DNA of 64,000 nt. It comes from a bacterium (GTDB lineage Bacteria; Electryoneota; Electryoneia; Electryoneales; Electryoneaceae). The notes beneath the pieces were generated by a model. It saw nothing but the letters and a program-made list of their open reading frames with translations. It had not been told where the DNA came from and ran no database searches. The stretch is taken from contig OY769902.1 in assembly GCA_963669175.1 (NCBI GenBank), positions 1,536,001 to 1,600,000 of the forward strand, written 5' to 3'. The translations under genes and the position numbers were made by a program. Shown in pieces: positions 37,901 through 46,804 of this stretch (positions within the stretch are counted from its first letter, which is position 1; each line of letters starts with the position of its first letter).

Positions 37901-38144
37901 AGGCTATCCGAACCCGTTTAACCCGGTGACCATGCTGAAATATTCGCTTGCACAGCCGGGTGAAGTGCGTATTGCGGTGTACAATGTGCTCGGTCAGCAG
38001 GTGGATGTGCTGTACCAGGGATATCATGTTGCGGGTACGCACCAGGTTTCGTTTGATGCCAGCGACCTGGCCAGCGGACTTTACCTTGTGCAGATGGAAA
38101 CCGCCGGACACCAGTACTTGCAGAAAGTCTTCCTTCTCAAGTAA
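34989..38144 (+). CDS. Secreted S8 peptidase, tandem paralogue, with T9SS type-A-like CTD
   Basis: GGAGA SD; AIIDTG, HGTKVAG, TNSMGN, AESSATPHVAG; shares PWTDPG, ISCSMSYEH, STEGP with upstream gene; GYPNPFNP CTD. Confidence 0.9.
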   Translation: MRAKLTAKPAVWTFLICVSLFSAILLVIPGKSYAGARYADGLEKAVASAQPGEKIPVLVQFYGAISRAEFHQALEGLTGDERREAGIELLRSNLFKQAGNAIAWIENEEAEGRAFAAYSFWLGNGYVMSLQADRIALLAEFPEVESIVYTPPRPIPEIDEGDPWTDPGEVELDDLVWGVEDIQTRDMWAEGYTGEGILLAIIDTGCLLTHPDLADHIWNNANEIPDNGLDDDDNEYVDDIHGWNFVDDDNDVMDVHGHGTKVAGVLVGDGAMGDTTGVAPGAEIIVIRNYGLGHTSENFHSLAVQYAVGVGADFISCSMSYEHEGNEMDVSIRQTMELVAELEIIQTNSMGNKGAFSGNLYNVNLPGRCPPPWLHPDQDVRGGASAILGIGYYERSGANRVIGEHSTEGPAVWQEETFPLEYQDYPYIAGGLLKPDIVAPGNVTSTKWNPTPNSYYTNFTAESSATPHVAGALALLKQAHPDASIVDLVRALKMSALDRGDHGHDNIWGAGMLRIHDAHEYLTMMENMGTLRLISLDQAGRILDNVYYTISDSTGFYMSRVVAYTELPAGAYTLNLHKYGYDDITNVQAIVSPNDTTNYRVRFNKIEFPNSITLSPSNTTHVDVGLADTVAQVFTITNESGEAITVTGSIYDYNFGYSFAAQGIQRFQFDLSSATVRGLGFVDTTYYILGQRDEQDATPMMWHADSAGNLIDSVAQADDFGENGLGDLAITHDNLIFAAPYSGDNADIIYTLGPDWSILNSMTSPVAPVRGLAVDEEEGVLYVREADGTIHKTTMNGILLSTYAAPYLFGEEGSLFYYADGKTGPELIVISGEQDGDLYIEILHLSTNEFELITSVPGNNYNPVFTNEPIRYASYEIGLLGIVNAGIHRFALNKGEHAVSIPNPITVEPGASVDVEFEFYSEWWRIPNWNEFQKVVFADGPRALLGEIYIDVTGVDDEPSQAIPFTTELHPGYPNPFNPVTMLKYSLAQPGEVRIAVYNVLGQQVDVLYQGYHVAGTHQVSFDASDLASGLYLVQMETAGHQYLQKVFLLK

Positions 38145-38159
38145 ACACTGCGGGATTCG

Positions 38160-38217
38160 CAGGATGAACAGGACAGGTTTCTTACAGGATGAAAGGATAG
38201 AAAGATATCAAGGATAA
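38160..38217 (+). repeat. Degenerate 9-bp-period purine-rich repeat (second copy about 54764-54798)
   Basis: GGATGAA-AGGATAGAAAGATATCAAGGATAA here vs GGATGAACAGGATAAAAGGATATCAAGGATAA downstream of the hydrolase. Confidence 0.6.
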
Positions 38218-38309
38218 CGGTTGATTGTATAACAGTAACTTCTTGATCAGAGAACTGACGAGATATAGTATTGCTCATATAGTATTTCTTGAAAGTAATG
38301 TCGGATACA

Positions 38310-38336
38310 GTCATCCCCGCCTGCGCTGGGGATGAC
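38310..38336. repeat. REP-like palindrome, ATCCCC...GGGGAT family (related copy 38768-38793)
   Basis: gtcatcccc-gcctgcgct-ggggatgac. Confidence 0.6.
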
Positions 38337-38442
38337 ATCTCGGCGATCACCTCAGTATTTCGCCTGCTGTGGATGCGACAATACTTTCGATACTCACTAT
38401 ATAACTGTTCTCGATTTTATTCCGTCATAATGGAGATTGCCG

Positions 38443-38633
38443 GGAAAAGGGGACGGGATCCTTTTCCTCGCGCTTATGCAGAATATTTCTGAAGTATTCC
38501 TGGAAAAGGAAACTGTCCCCTTTTCCGTGTAATTCCTGCCTGCTCTCAAGAAAAAGGGTACAGCCACCTTTCCCGGTCCATGCTCACAGCGGGAAGGCTT
38601 TTGCTGTAGGGAAAGGAAACTGTCCCCTTTTTC
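38443..38633. repeat. REP/REPIN-like cluster: four 25-bp GGAAAAGGGGAC-N-CCTTTTCC palindromes as two inverted pairs
   Basis: Units start 38443, 38502, 38550, 38609; 59-bp spacing within each pair. Confidence 0.85.
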
Positions 38634-38870
38634 CATCTCCTTTATTCCAACCAAATAAAGGATCTTTCACTGATATAGCACATGACCCTATGACGGACTA
38701 ATAATGGGAATCGCTATACTTTTCAATTTTCCAACTTTATAACTTTATAACTCAAAAAAGAGGGTAGAGATCCCCGATCATGCGGGGATGGCATCATCCG
38801 TAAGCGTGAGAGAATCGGATAATACCGGTTGATGAAGATACGATGATCTCCCCCTTAGTTTTGTTCGCCA

Positions 38871-39398
38871 TCAATTTGTCACCGTCACCGAAACATCAGC
38901 GACGTTTATCCCTTCGACCTCAATCTCGTTTCCAGCTTCGTTGTAAAAAACCAGGGCATCAACCAGCATGTTCAATGTCGCTGATCCGGCTGCCTGCGCC
39001 TGAAGTGTAAGCGTCAGGACAGTCCCTTCTGTCTGCCAGGTGGTATCACTCTGAATTCGGGTAACCGTGGCATACAGGACATCATCTTCCATCTGGGTGA
39101 ACAGGATAGCTTCATCACCGAAGAGGGAGCCGATTTCGCTTTGTGACGCATCAAAGGTGATGACATCGGCATCGGACACCTGCAATTCAAAACTCAGCGC
39201 GAACACCTCTTCCGGCATGTTGTCTCCATCGAGGGAAATGGCCGTTTCGTCACTACTGCACATGGTTACAGACGTACTGGAAAAGGCCAGGCTGGGATCA
39301 TCACTCGTTGAGGGTGTAGATGTCGGGCTGCTGTCATCGGAACACCCGGCCATCATCATCACTGGAATCAGCAAAAGTATGACTGCGTACTTGACCAT
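38871..39398 (-). CDS. Cohesin-domain lipoprotein
   Basis: Lipobox MMAG-C, S/T/P linker, then beta-sandwich with cohesin-like pattern VFALSFEL...EIGSLFG...EGTVLTLTLQAQAAGSATLNM. Confidence 0.7.
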   Translation of the reverse strand: MVKYAVILLLIPVMMMAGCSDDSSPTSTPSTSDDPSLAFSSTSVTMCSSDETAISLDGDNMPEEVFALSFELQVSDADVITFDASQSEIGSLFGDEAILFTQMEDDVLYATVTRIQSDTTWQTEGTVLTLTLQAQAAGSATLNMLVDALVFYNEAGNEIEVEGINVADVSVTVTN

Positions 39399-39407
39399 GA
39401 AAATCCC

Positions 39408-41756
39408 CTATTTGCTGTAGACCAGTTTACGAATCATGGTCTGGTTTGCTGTTTCGAGACGGTAGAAATAGATACCGCTTGCCAGGCCGGAGCCATCCAG
39501 GCGAACCTGGTGTGTCCCCGGAGCGAAGTGCTGTCCACGGATCAATTGCTGAACTTCCTGCCCCAGCACGTTGATCAGAGTCAGGGTCACATCCTGTTCC
39601 TGTGGCAGGGAGAACTGGATGATGGTAGACGAATTGAACGGATTCGGGTAGTTCTGCGCCAGGGAAAGCTCTGTGGGCAGGGCGTTTGTCTCACCAACGA
39701 CAGATTCCAGCAGGGTACGCATCCGTGTAACCGCTTCTCCGTTTCCGGACAGGCTATTGTATAGTTTGGTGAAATTCTCACGATACTCTTCAAGCACTTC
39801 CGGTCCGAATGAGTCACCGAGGAAGGAGTCTTCCGCAACAAGGTGCGTTTTGCTCCAGTTTACCCCGATCGCCACGACATCCTGTTCATCGACAGAACCA
39901 TCCCCGTTCGCGTCCGCGTAGGTAGCGGCCAGTTCGGTCCAGGGCGTACAGCGTTGTCCGTTCCACCGGTTCGATGTGCAGGAGCGTCCCGTTCCACTGG
40001 TCAGGAAGTAGACACCGATGGGAAGGATATCCTCAGCACTGACAACGCCATCATTGTTGGTGTCACCGGGATACACCAGCTCACTGGATAATTGCGCCTG
40101 GAGAACGTCGTAACGCTGCTGACTGAATGAGGTCAGGCCGGGAACACGTCTGCCATCGGAAAGGGTGACTGTTCCTTCCAGGTTCCGGTAGAACATGTTG
40201 TCTGTGTACAGCTTGTTCTCATCGGCCAATACATGGGATTCAAGCAACGGCGCCAGTTGTACAACTAACGCTGCAACGGAATCGGGATGAGCCGCGCCAT
40301 CCAGGATTTCGCTGATATAATCGAGGTATATCGATTGCAAGGATCCCTGTTCCAGCAGACGACGGTTCAGAGGACGGTCATCCAGGTTGGAAATAGCCAG
40401 TATATCCTGGTCAATTACATCCCAGCCGTTGGAATACACACCGAACGCCTCATTCACATCCCAGGGCATCATGACAAACTGACCATTGGTCTCGTAATCA
40501 TAAAAATAGTAGTTACGCGCTGAACCGGTGTAGCTGTCGAAGTTGGACAGAACCATATTATAGGCCAGCAATTTCAGGCAGGAATCAAAATCCAGGATCT
40601 GGCCGACAACACTGACAAACTCATCATTGTCCGTGTTGTTCAATACGCTGATCATCTCAACAAAACGTGCCCAGTCGTTTTCATCGTCGTTTGTTTTCAG
40701 TTCATACTCTTCTTCATACTCGGACTGGTCATCTCCGTAGTAGACGAGTGGAGCGCCGTCATCTCCGGCTTTATACAGGTTGTAGCCGTTGTTCTCAAAA
40801 TGCCGGGCGAGGAAAAGTTCGTCAACCTGCTCCACCAGCGTATAAAAGCCGAGCAATTCTCCGTCAACATACACATCCGCATAGGTTGTTCGCGGTGCGG
40901 GCATGTACTCGCGAGCGATACTGTAAGCGATTGTTTCACGCATGAAAGTTGGATCACAAACCCCGTTGTGCAGGTTCAACTTATCAAGGTCGAAGAAATT
41001 TGCAGCATCATTGAACTTGTCAAATTTCAGCGTGAGCGGTTTCTTAGGAGTACCCTGTGAGAGGGTATAGGTTGAGTTGCCTTTATAACGAATCCCAACA
41101 CTGTCCAGAACCATAGTGTCGTTATAGGTGACCTGGCATGGCAAATACTCTTCATCGAGAACTTCATAATTGTACGCCATGCTGTCCTGCCATGCATCCA
41201 CGTAAAAATGAAGTTCAATTTTGTGGATGGTGAAGGGTTCGAACAGGCCGTCACCGGGTACGGTTTCTTCCGGTCCATCGGAGGTATTCGGTTCGCCACA
41301 GGTCGGATACATGAACTGGAACTCGCCGGTGCCGTCCGGGTATCGTCCGAAACTTATGTCCAGGTATTGCGGGCCGAAGGTTACCTGGTCAAGCAGAGAG
41401 CCATCTGCTGTCGCAAGGCAAACATCTTCTCCGGATGAGGAAAGCTTGAAATTGGTGTGCAAACCTTCCTGGTCTTCATCGTCATCCGTCCAGATGATCA
41501 GGAATCCACGGGCTGCGATAGAGGTGTCCGGAAATACCCACTGCATCAGGTCGTCGGGATCGTCCGACAAGCCAAACCCATTCAGGTTGACCGCTTCATC
41601 ACCCGGGTTATACAATTCAACCCAGTCATCAAAATCACCGTCCTGATCGGCAACAGTAGTGTCGTTGTCCGCCATGAACTCATTTATGACCACATCCTGC
41701 CCGAAAGCAACTGCTGTTGTGAACAGGAGTAGCGTGCATATCAAGCTGCGCATCAT
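39408..41756 (-). CDS. Secreted CotH-family kinase: lamin-tail domain + CotH + dockerin-like repeat + T9SS type-A-like CTD
   Basis: VVINEFMADN...DWVELYN (LTD); GIRYKGNST, LVEQVD, NFDSY-x4-RNYY, PWDVNEAFG (CotH); GDTNNDGVVSAED and ADANGDGSVDEQD; NYPNPFN. Confidence 0.9.
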   Translation of the reverse strand: MMRSLICTLLLFTTAVAFGQDVVINEFMADNDTTVADQDGDFDDWVELYNPGDEAVNLNGFGLSDDPDDLMQWVFPDTSIAARGFLIIWTDDDEDQEGLHTNFKLSSSGEDVCLATADGSLLDQVTFGPQYLDISFGRYPDGTGEFQFMYPTCGEPNTSDGPEETVPGDGLFEPFTIHKIELHFYVDAWQDSMAYNYEVLDEEYLPCQVTYNDTMVLDSVGIRYKGNSTYTLSQGTPKKPLTLKFDKFNDAANFFDLDKLNLHNGVCDPTFMRETIAYSIAREYMPAPRTTYADVYVDGELLGFYTLVEQVDELFLARHFENNGYNLYKAGDDGAPLVYYGDDQSEYEEEYELKTNDDENDWARFVEMISVLNNTDNDEFVSVVGQILDFDSCLKLLAYNMVLSNFDSYTGSARNYYFYDYETNGQFVMMPWDVNEAFGVYSNGWDVIDQDILAISNLDDRPLNRRLLEQGSLQSIYLDYISEILDGAAHPDSVAALVVQLAPLLESHVLADENKLYTDNMFYRNLEGTVTLSDGRRVPGLTSFSQQRYDVLQAQLSSELVYPGDTNNDGVVSAEDILPIGVYFLTSGTGRSCTSNRWNGQRCTPWTELAATYADANGDGSVDEQDVVAIGVNWSKTHLVAEDSFLGDSFGPEVLEEYRENFTKLYNSLSGNGEAVTRMRTLLESVVGETNALPTELSLAQNYPNPFNSSTIIQFSLPQEQDVTLTLINVLGQEVQQLIRGQHFAPGTHQVRLDGSGLASGIYFYRLETANQTMIRKLVYSK

Positions 41757-41855
41757 CAGCTTTCTCCCTGGGTGTGTCTGTCAAGTATATATATCTTGGG
41801 ATACTTGTTTGTCGATGTTGTTCTCAATTCATTTTCGCTATCATGAAAATTGACG

Positions 41856-41940
41856 GGAGAAGGGGACGGAATCCTTTTCCTCGCGCTCACCTGACATACT
41901 CTTTCTGAACCTGTGGAAAAGGAAGCTGTCCCCTTTTTCC
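41856..41940. repeat. REP/REPIN-like inverted pair (GGAAAAGGGGAC family)
   Basis: Units at 41856 and 41915, 59-bp spacing. Confidence 0.85.
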
Positions 41941-42022
41941 ATATCCTTTTTCGAATCATCCAGTGAGTCGTTCGTAGGATGATTGCATGACGGTTTATTT
42001 GAAGAACAGCTCTACAACAAGG

Positions 42023-42985
42023 CTAATCCACATCCGGCAGAACCGCACGGAACCCGATGAAATAATAGATGTAATCCGGGCATAACAGGGTCCGGTTTGA
42101 AGCGCGCATATGAAACGCGTTGTTGCCCCAGCTTCCGCCACGCATGATGTGGAAATCTCCGGTTTCCGGGCCGGTAGGATCTACTGCTGCGGTTTCGGAA
42201 TACTCGCCGTACCAGTCATTGCAGTATTCGAACACATTGCCTGCCATATCATACAAGCCAAAGGCGTTGGGCTCTTTTCCTCCGACCGGTTGAGTGCCGA
42301 AAGCGTCAACTTCCGAGCCAAAGATGTAAGAATTGCCGTACCAGAAGGCATACGTGCCGACTTCTGCCGAATCCGCCGATGTTGCCGGATAGGGATCCAG
42401 ATCCTGGCCCCAGTATAAGTCAGTGGTTGTCCCGGCACGGTAGGCATATTCCCATTCCGCTTCGGTGGGCAGGCGATAACCGGAAAGGGTGTAATCACAA
42501 ACGAGATCAGATAGTTCGCATGAGCTTCCCGGTGTGCCGGTAATCCCGCTGTAGGAATAAACTTCATCCAGACCATCACGCTGACTCCGGGCGTTGCAAT
42601 ACAGAACGGCATCTCCCCACGAGAGGTTGTAAGCGGGGGTGTCGTCACCGACACCGTAAGGTTCATGCCAGTCCGGGGCGATGTAGTCGGAATAAGCTTC
42701 AGTCATCAATTCTGTGAAATCGGCCTGGGTGACTTCAGTGGTATCCATCCAGAAATCACAGGTAAAACTGACTGCATGAACAGGAGCCTCGTCCGGCATT
42801 CCACTCTCAGCGCCCATATCAAAGCTGTTTCCTGACGAATTGATGAGCACCATCCCATCAGGGGTAAAGGTGGATGGAGTAACTCCATTTGAATCATCGT
42901 CGTCATCATCTGAACAGGAAACTACGAGAGCCAGCATGCTTACCAGCACGGTGAGAATGACCATGAAACGCGAAATCGTTTTCAC
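42023..42985 (-). CDS. FGE-sulfatase (SUMF1/EgtB/PvdO) domain lipoprotein
   Basis: GGAGG SD + GTG; lipobox LVVS-C; FDMG, EVTQ, YRLPTEAEWEYA, PNAFGLYDMAGNVFE, RGGSW, IGFR; no FGE catalytic Cys pair. Confidence 0.9.
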   Translation of the reverse strand: MKTISRFMVILTVLVSMLALVVSCSDDDDDDSNGVTPSTFTPDGMVLINSSGNSFDMGAESGMPDEAPVHAVSFTCDFWMDTTEVTQADFTELMTEAYSDYIAPDWHEPYGVGDDTPAYNLSWGDAVLYCNARSQRDGLDEVYSYSGITGTPGSSCELSDLVCDYTLSGYRLPTEAEWEYAYRAGTTTDLYWGQDLDPYPATSADSAEVGTYAFWYGNSYIFGSEVDAFGTQPVGGKEPNAFGLYDMAGNVFEYCNDWYGEYSETAAVDPTGPETGDFHIMRGGSWGNNAFHMRASNRTLLCPDYIYYFIGFRAVLPDVD

Positions 42986-43058
42986 TTCGAACCTCCATCA
43001 TCGAAAAGCTGACAGGCTTCACAGGCGCCTGTTTCGAAGTAGCTTTTTCTGTGGCAGC

Positions 43059-45137
43059 CTATTTGACCAGGGTAATCTTCTGAGTAGAATAGGTCTGGTT
43101 GCACTGGAACATGACCAGGTATATCCCTGACGCGACATGGTTGCCACCGTTATCCAGTCCCTGCCATGTAATCTGGTGGCTACCGGCAGACAGATGATCG
43201 TGAACCAGGATAGCAACCTGCTGGCCCATCACGTTATAAACGCTGATCTTGACCAGATCGGGAGAAGCTAACTCGTACTGTATGGAAACTGTAGAGTTGA
43301 ACGGGTTGGGATAACAATCCCGCAAGGCGTTCTCGGCAGGCAGCGCTTTTGTTTCCATGGTTACCTCGCTGTTGTCCCAGTAGTTCTCTGCAGCAAACGT
43401 GGGAGTCATCAGGCAGAAATCGCCTGTACCGTTAGGGTAGCGGCCAGTGCTCACATCTGCTGAAGGTGACACGTATGTCAGGTTATCCAACATGCTCTCA
43501 TCGGGGGCAAACAGGTAGAGCAAGCCGCTCATGGTTGGCATTTCGAAGTTGGTATGGAGGCCTTCCTGTTCTTCATCACCATCCAGCCATACAATCAAAT
43601 ATTCACCTGCTCCAATCGTCGTATCCGGGAAGGTCCACATGTCGGGATCATTCGTAGAGGTAGACAATGCGAAGTAGGACAAACTGTACTCTTCATCACC
43701 ATTGTTATACAATTCAACCCAGGGATCCGCTTCACCATCCTGGTCAGTGACAGTTTCTTCATTGATGACGAGGATTTCGTTCATCACGATTTCCCCATCG
43801 TCAATCGGGTTCAGGCTATACACACCGGGGTGGTTAAAGCCGTAGCGTAATGCGCGGACGATTTCAGTATGATAATCGTAGCTCCACTGCGTAGTACCGG
43901 CTTCATCAACTTCGAAGATATACCCGCTGGTTGACTCCACGATCAGAGTGTTGCCGTTGGGCAGTCTCTGGCATCCGCCAAGGTGCTGGGAATAAAATCC
44001 GTTGGAAGCGTAGGTCCAGGTCGGATCTGAAGGGCCAAATGGTTGTCCGGCAGTCCGAGTATAGTTGCCTTCATCATCCATGGGCGGGATGATCTCAACA
44101 ACGTGAGAAGCGTGTGTTCCTTCACGATTGTTGAACGCCATAATATGTCCGGCGCCGGGAAGCCCGGACGGAATCCAGACGGAACAGTGGACCACATTAA
44201 ACACCTGCGTGCCGTTAGCATCGTAGTTTGTCGGCCTGCCCCAACGATACAGGATATCGCCACCCATACCGCTGTTTCCGCCGGAATGGCTGGCGGCTTC
44301 TTCTGTAGTAGTGCTGTGGTCGATAACATAGATCTCATCCAGGTTATGCGATGAAATCACGATCTGGTCCAGGTCGGGGTTGTAACTGATGCCGTTGACA
44401 TGCATCCAGTCGCCGCCCATGGCGCCACCTGCTCCGCTCATGTTGATGTCGAGCAGTTCAGGATGGTCCGCGACGGTCCCGTAATTATCACGAGACTGGT
44501 CATAGTCCTGCACCAGGTGGTCCCAGGCATGCCATTCCCACACAATGGTGCCGTCATCGTCGCCGTCAGGTTCGACTTCAATAACGTGATCAGGCCACAA
44601 AGCCACATTCCGTGAGTATCCAGCCTGACGTGTTTCGGTTATGCTTTTGTATTCCCACGCTATCATCAGCACATTGCCATTGGGCATGGGCTCAATATCA
44701 TGGTGGGACATGTAGCTGTTGCTGCTATAGGTAAACTGCCAGACAAGGTCGCCATCCCAGTCCAGTTCCTGTACCATGCCCTGACCACCGCCACCACCGA
44801 AAATATTGTTGTTGACCTGGCCGGTACGAAGCAGGTTACCGCTATCTTTCAGGTACATGGAATAGCCACCGGACACATTGTGTGCCCAGGTGTGTACCGT
44901 ATTGTTATCTTCATCAATCAGGTAGGTTGTCCTGGAGTTGTTCGGGGTAAATAACGTATACCCCGGGTAGGGATCTGCGATAAGCAGTGCAGGGATGACC
45001 ATACTGGTCAGCAGAAATATCATGAGTACAACTGTCATGCGCGCATGGATGGGACTTGGCCGCTCCCAAACAGACGCACATAAGGGGACTGACGGCAATT
45101 GTTCTTGCCAGACCGTGTGCCTGGTCAATTTCTTCAT
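43059..45137 (-). CDS. Secreted aryl-sulfate sulfotransferase-family protein + lamin-tail domain + T9SS/FlgD-Ig CTD
   Basis: GAGGA SD before ATG 45137; PGYTLF, SHHDIEPMPNGN, DWMHVNGISYN, IDHSTT...GGDILYRWG, QRLPNGNTLI; LTD; CYPNPFN...WQGLDNGGNHVASGIY. Confidence 0.85.
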   Translation of the reverse strand: MKKLTRHTVWQEQLPSVPLCASVWERPSPIHARMTVVLMIFLLTSMVIPALLIADPYPGYTLFTPNNSRTTYLIDEDNNTVHTWAHNVSGGYSMYLKDSGNLLRTGQVNNNIFGGGGGQGMVQELDWDGDLVWQFTYSSNSYMSHHDIEPMPNGNVLMIAWEYKSITETRQAGYSRNVALWPDHVIEVEPDGDDDGTIVWEWHAWDHLVQDYDQSRDNYGTVADHPELLDINMSGAGGAMGGDWMHVNGISYNPDLDQIVISSHNLDEIYVIDHSTTTEEAASHSGGNSGMGGDILYRWGRPTNYDANGTQVFNVVHCSVWIPSGLPGAGHIMAFNNREGTHASHVVEIIPPMDDEGNYTRTAGQPFGPSDPTWTYASNGFYSQHLGGCQRLPNGNTLIVESTSGYIFEVDEAGTTQWSYDYHTEIVRALRYGFNHPGVYSLNPIDDGEIVMNEILVINEETVTDQDGEADPWVELYNNGDEEYSLSYFALSTSTNDPDMWTFPDTTIGAGEYLIVWLDGDEEQEGLHTNFEMPTMSGLLYLFAPDESMLDNLTYVSPSADVSTGRYPNGTGDFCLMTPTFAAENYWDNSEVTMETKALPAENALRDCYPNPFNSTVSIQYELASPDLVKISVYNVMGQQVAILVHDHLSAGSHQITWQGLDNGGNHVASGIYLVMFQCNQTYSTQKITLVK

Positions 45138-45443
45138 GGTGTCCTCGTACTGGTATGAACCCAACTGTAGCCTTTTAACTCTTGCCGACCTATCTGAATT
45201 TGCGATATACAAGTCTTATTACAGACATACTTGATACAATGACGCTTGTCGGTTTGCAGGGTTTAACAAATGCCTAACAATTGTAAACGGTGCTCTCAGT
45301 ATAGACTGCTAATACGTAAGTTTTTCAGATTCTTCCAGTTATGCATACTCCAGTATGAGAATCAGGATATTGTCGCTTTCATAGATAGACGTCATACAAT
45401 GCGCCAACGAACGGTTTTCTGGATGATGAGAAAAGAGGATGTA

Positions 45444-45573
45444 GAAAAAGGGGACCGCCTCCTTTCCCAGAGATTAACTTGTCCCGTTGTGTTCATGGTT
45501 CAGGAAATGTGGCTGTACCCTTTTTCAAGAGAGAAGGCAGGAATCTCACGGAAAAGGATTCCATCCCCTTTTC
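45444..45573. repeat. REP/REPIN-like cluster, three units (GGAAAAGGGGAC family), inverted relative to the other clusters
   Basis: Units at about 45444, 45502, 45550; flanking sequence is reverse-complementary to parts of the 38.4-kb cluster. Confidence 0.8.
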
Positions 45574-45781
45574 GTGGCGCTATACCAAATCTATCACAAT
45601 AACGAGATAAAATCGAGAATAACGATATTGCTATAACCTTTAGCGCTACTTGAAGTATTTTTACATGTTGTCTCCGGAAAACCTAAAGAAGCGCTGAAGA
45701 CAAGCCGATAAGAGAGAGCGAGTGGAAAAGCTCTGTATAGTGATGGGGAAAGGTTTTCAGGCAACCAACACGTTGGGAAAC

Positions 45782-46792
45782 ATGGTTTACAATCGTTTAG
45801 CCATTCTATTTTTCCTGTTGGTCCTTTCCGGGACCGTCCTGGCAGGTAACAAACCGCAGGTGGACGCCTATGGCCAGGCATACTCTGCGGAAGAATGGGT
45901 AAAACGTGGCTCCGAATTAACCGACCCGGTTGAGATGCTTGAGTGTTTTAACATTGCAATTTCCATGGAGCCGGAGTGGGCGACTCCGTATTATTATCGT
46001 GGACAGGTCTATGAACACCTGGGGTATCACCGTCTGGCGAGACGCGACTATACCTTTGCTATTCGCCTGAACCCTATGATCGGGGTGATGTTCAACCTGG
46101 AAGCGATCCGCAACTACAGCCTTCTCATCGAGATGAATCCTGAGTTTTACGGGGCTTACCTGGGGCGTGGTGTTGCCTGGTTCCAGCTTGCCGAGTTTGA
46201 CAGCGCCCTGGCGGATTTTAACAAGATGATCGAACTGTATCCGGAGGATCAGGATTTCTACTATTTCCGTGCGATTGTCAAAGCGGAGATGGGAAATTTC
46301 GAGGATTCGATCGAGGATTTCACCCGTGTAGTGGAGATGAGTGAAGATCCTGTGGATGCCCTGGTTAATCGTGGGAACTGCTACAGCGATCTGGGGCAGT
46401 ACCTGCGTGCGATTGAGGACTACTCACTGGCCATTGCCAAGTCGCCCAATGATGCGGACATCTACTATAACCGTGGCGCGACCTATTCCGATATGGGCAA
46501 TCTGCCTTTGGCGATTGAAGACTTTTCAACCGCCATCGAAAAGAATTACAGCATGGTCTTCGCCTATTTTGACCGTGGCCTGGCCTATATCGAACTGGGT
46601 GAAATGGAGAAGGGGCGTCACGATTTACAGGTGGCCAAGCAGTTGGGTTACCCCGGCGCGGAAATGGTGCTGGACAGCCTGCCCGCCAGATCCTCAGACG
46701 GCAATGACGAGCCAATCGAACTGGATCAGGATGAACGGTTCAGGCCGATGAAATTGCAACTCCTGCCGGGATATGTTGGTACCGGGGAGTGA
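45782..46792 (+). CDS. Exported TPR-repeat protein
   Basis: Signal peptide MVYNRLAILFFLLVLSGTVLA; canonical TPRs (YYYRG, AYLGRG, ALVNRG, YYNRG, AYFDRG). Confidence 0.9.
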   Translation: MVYNRLAILFFLLVLSGTVLAGNKPQVDAYGQAYSAEEWVKRGSELTDPVEMLECFNIAISMEPEWATPYYYRGQVYEHLGYHRLARRDYTFAIRLNPMIGVMFNLEAIRNYSLLIEMNPEFYGAYLGRGVAWFQLAEFDSALADFNKMIELYPEDQDFYYFRAIVKAEMGNFEDSIEDFTRVVEMSEDPVDALVNRGNCYSDLGQYLRAIEDYSLAIAKSPNDADIYYNRGATYSDMGNLPLAIEDFSTAIEKNYSMVFAYFDRGLAYIELGEMEKGRHDLQVAKQLGYPGAEMVLDSLPARSSDGNDEPIELDQDERFRPMKLQLLPGYVGTGE

Positions 46793-46804
46793 TAGAAGTA
46801 AAAA

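Noticed and set aside
38443-38633. CRISPR array (25-bp palindromic repeats with 34-bp spacers)
   Set aside because: Units alternate in orientation, are degenerate, occur as 2-4 copies at four dispersed sites, spacers resemble each other, and no cas genes are present
42023-42985. Active formylglycine-generating enzyme
   Set aside because: The catalytic Cys pair after RGGS is absent and no sulfatase gene is nearby
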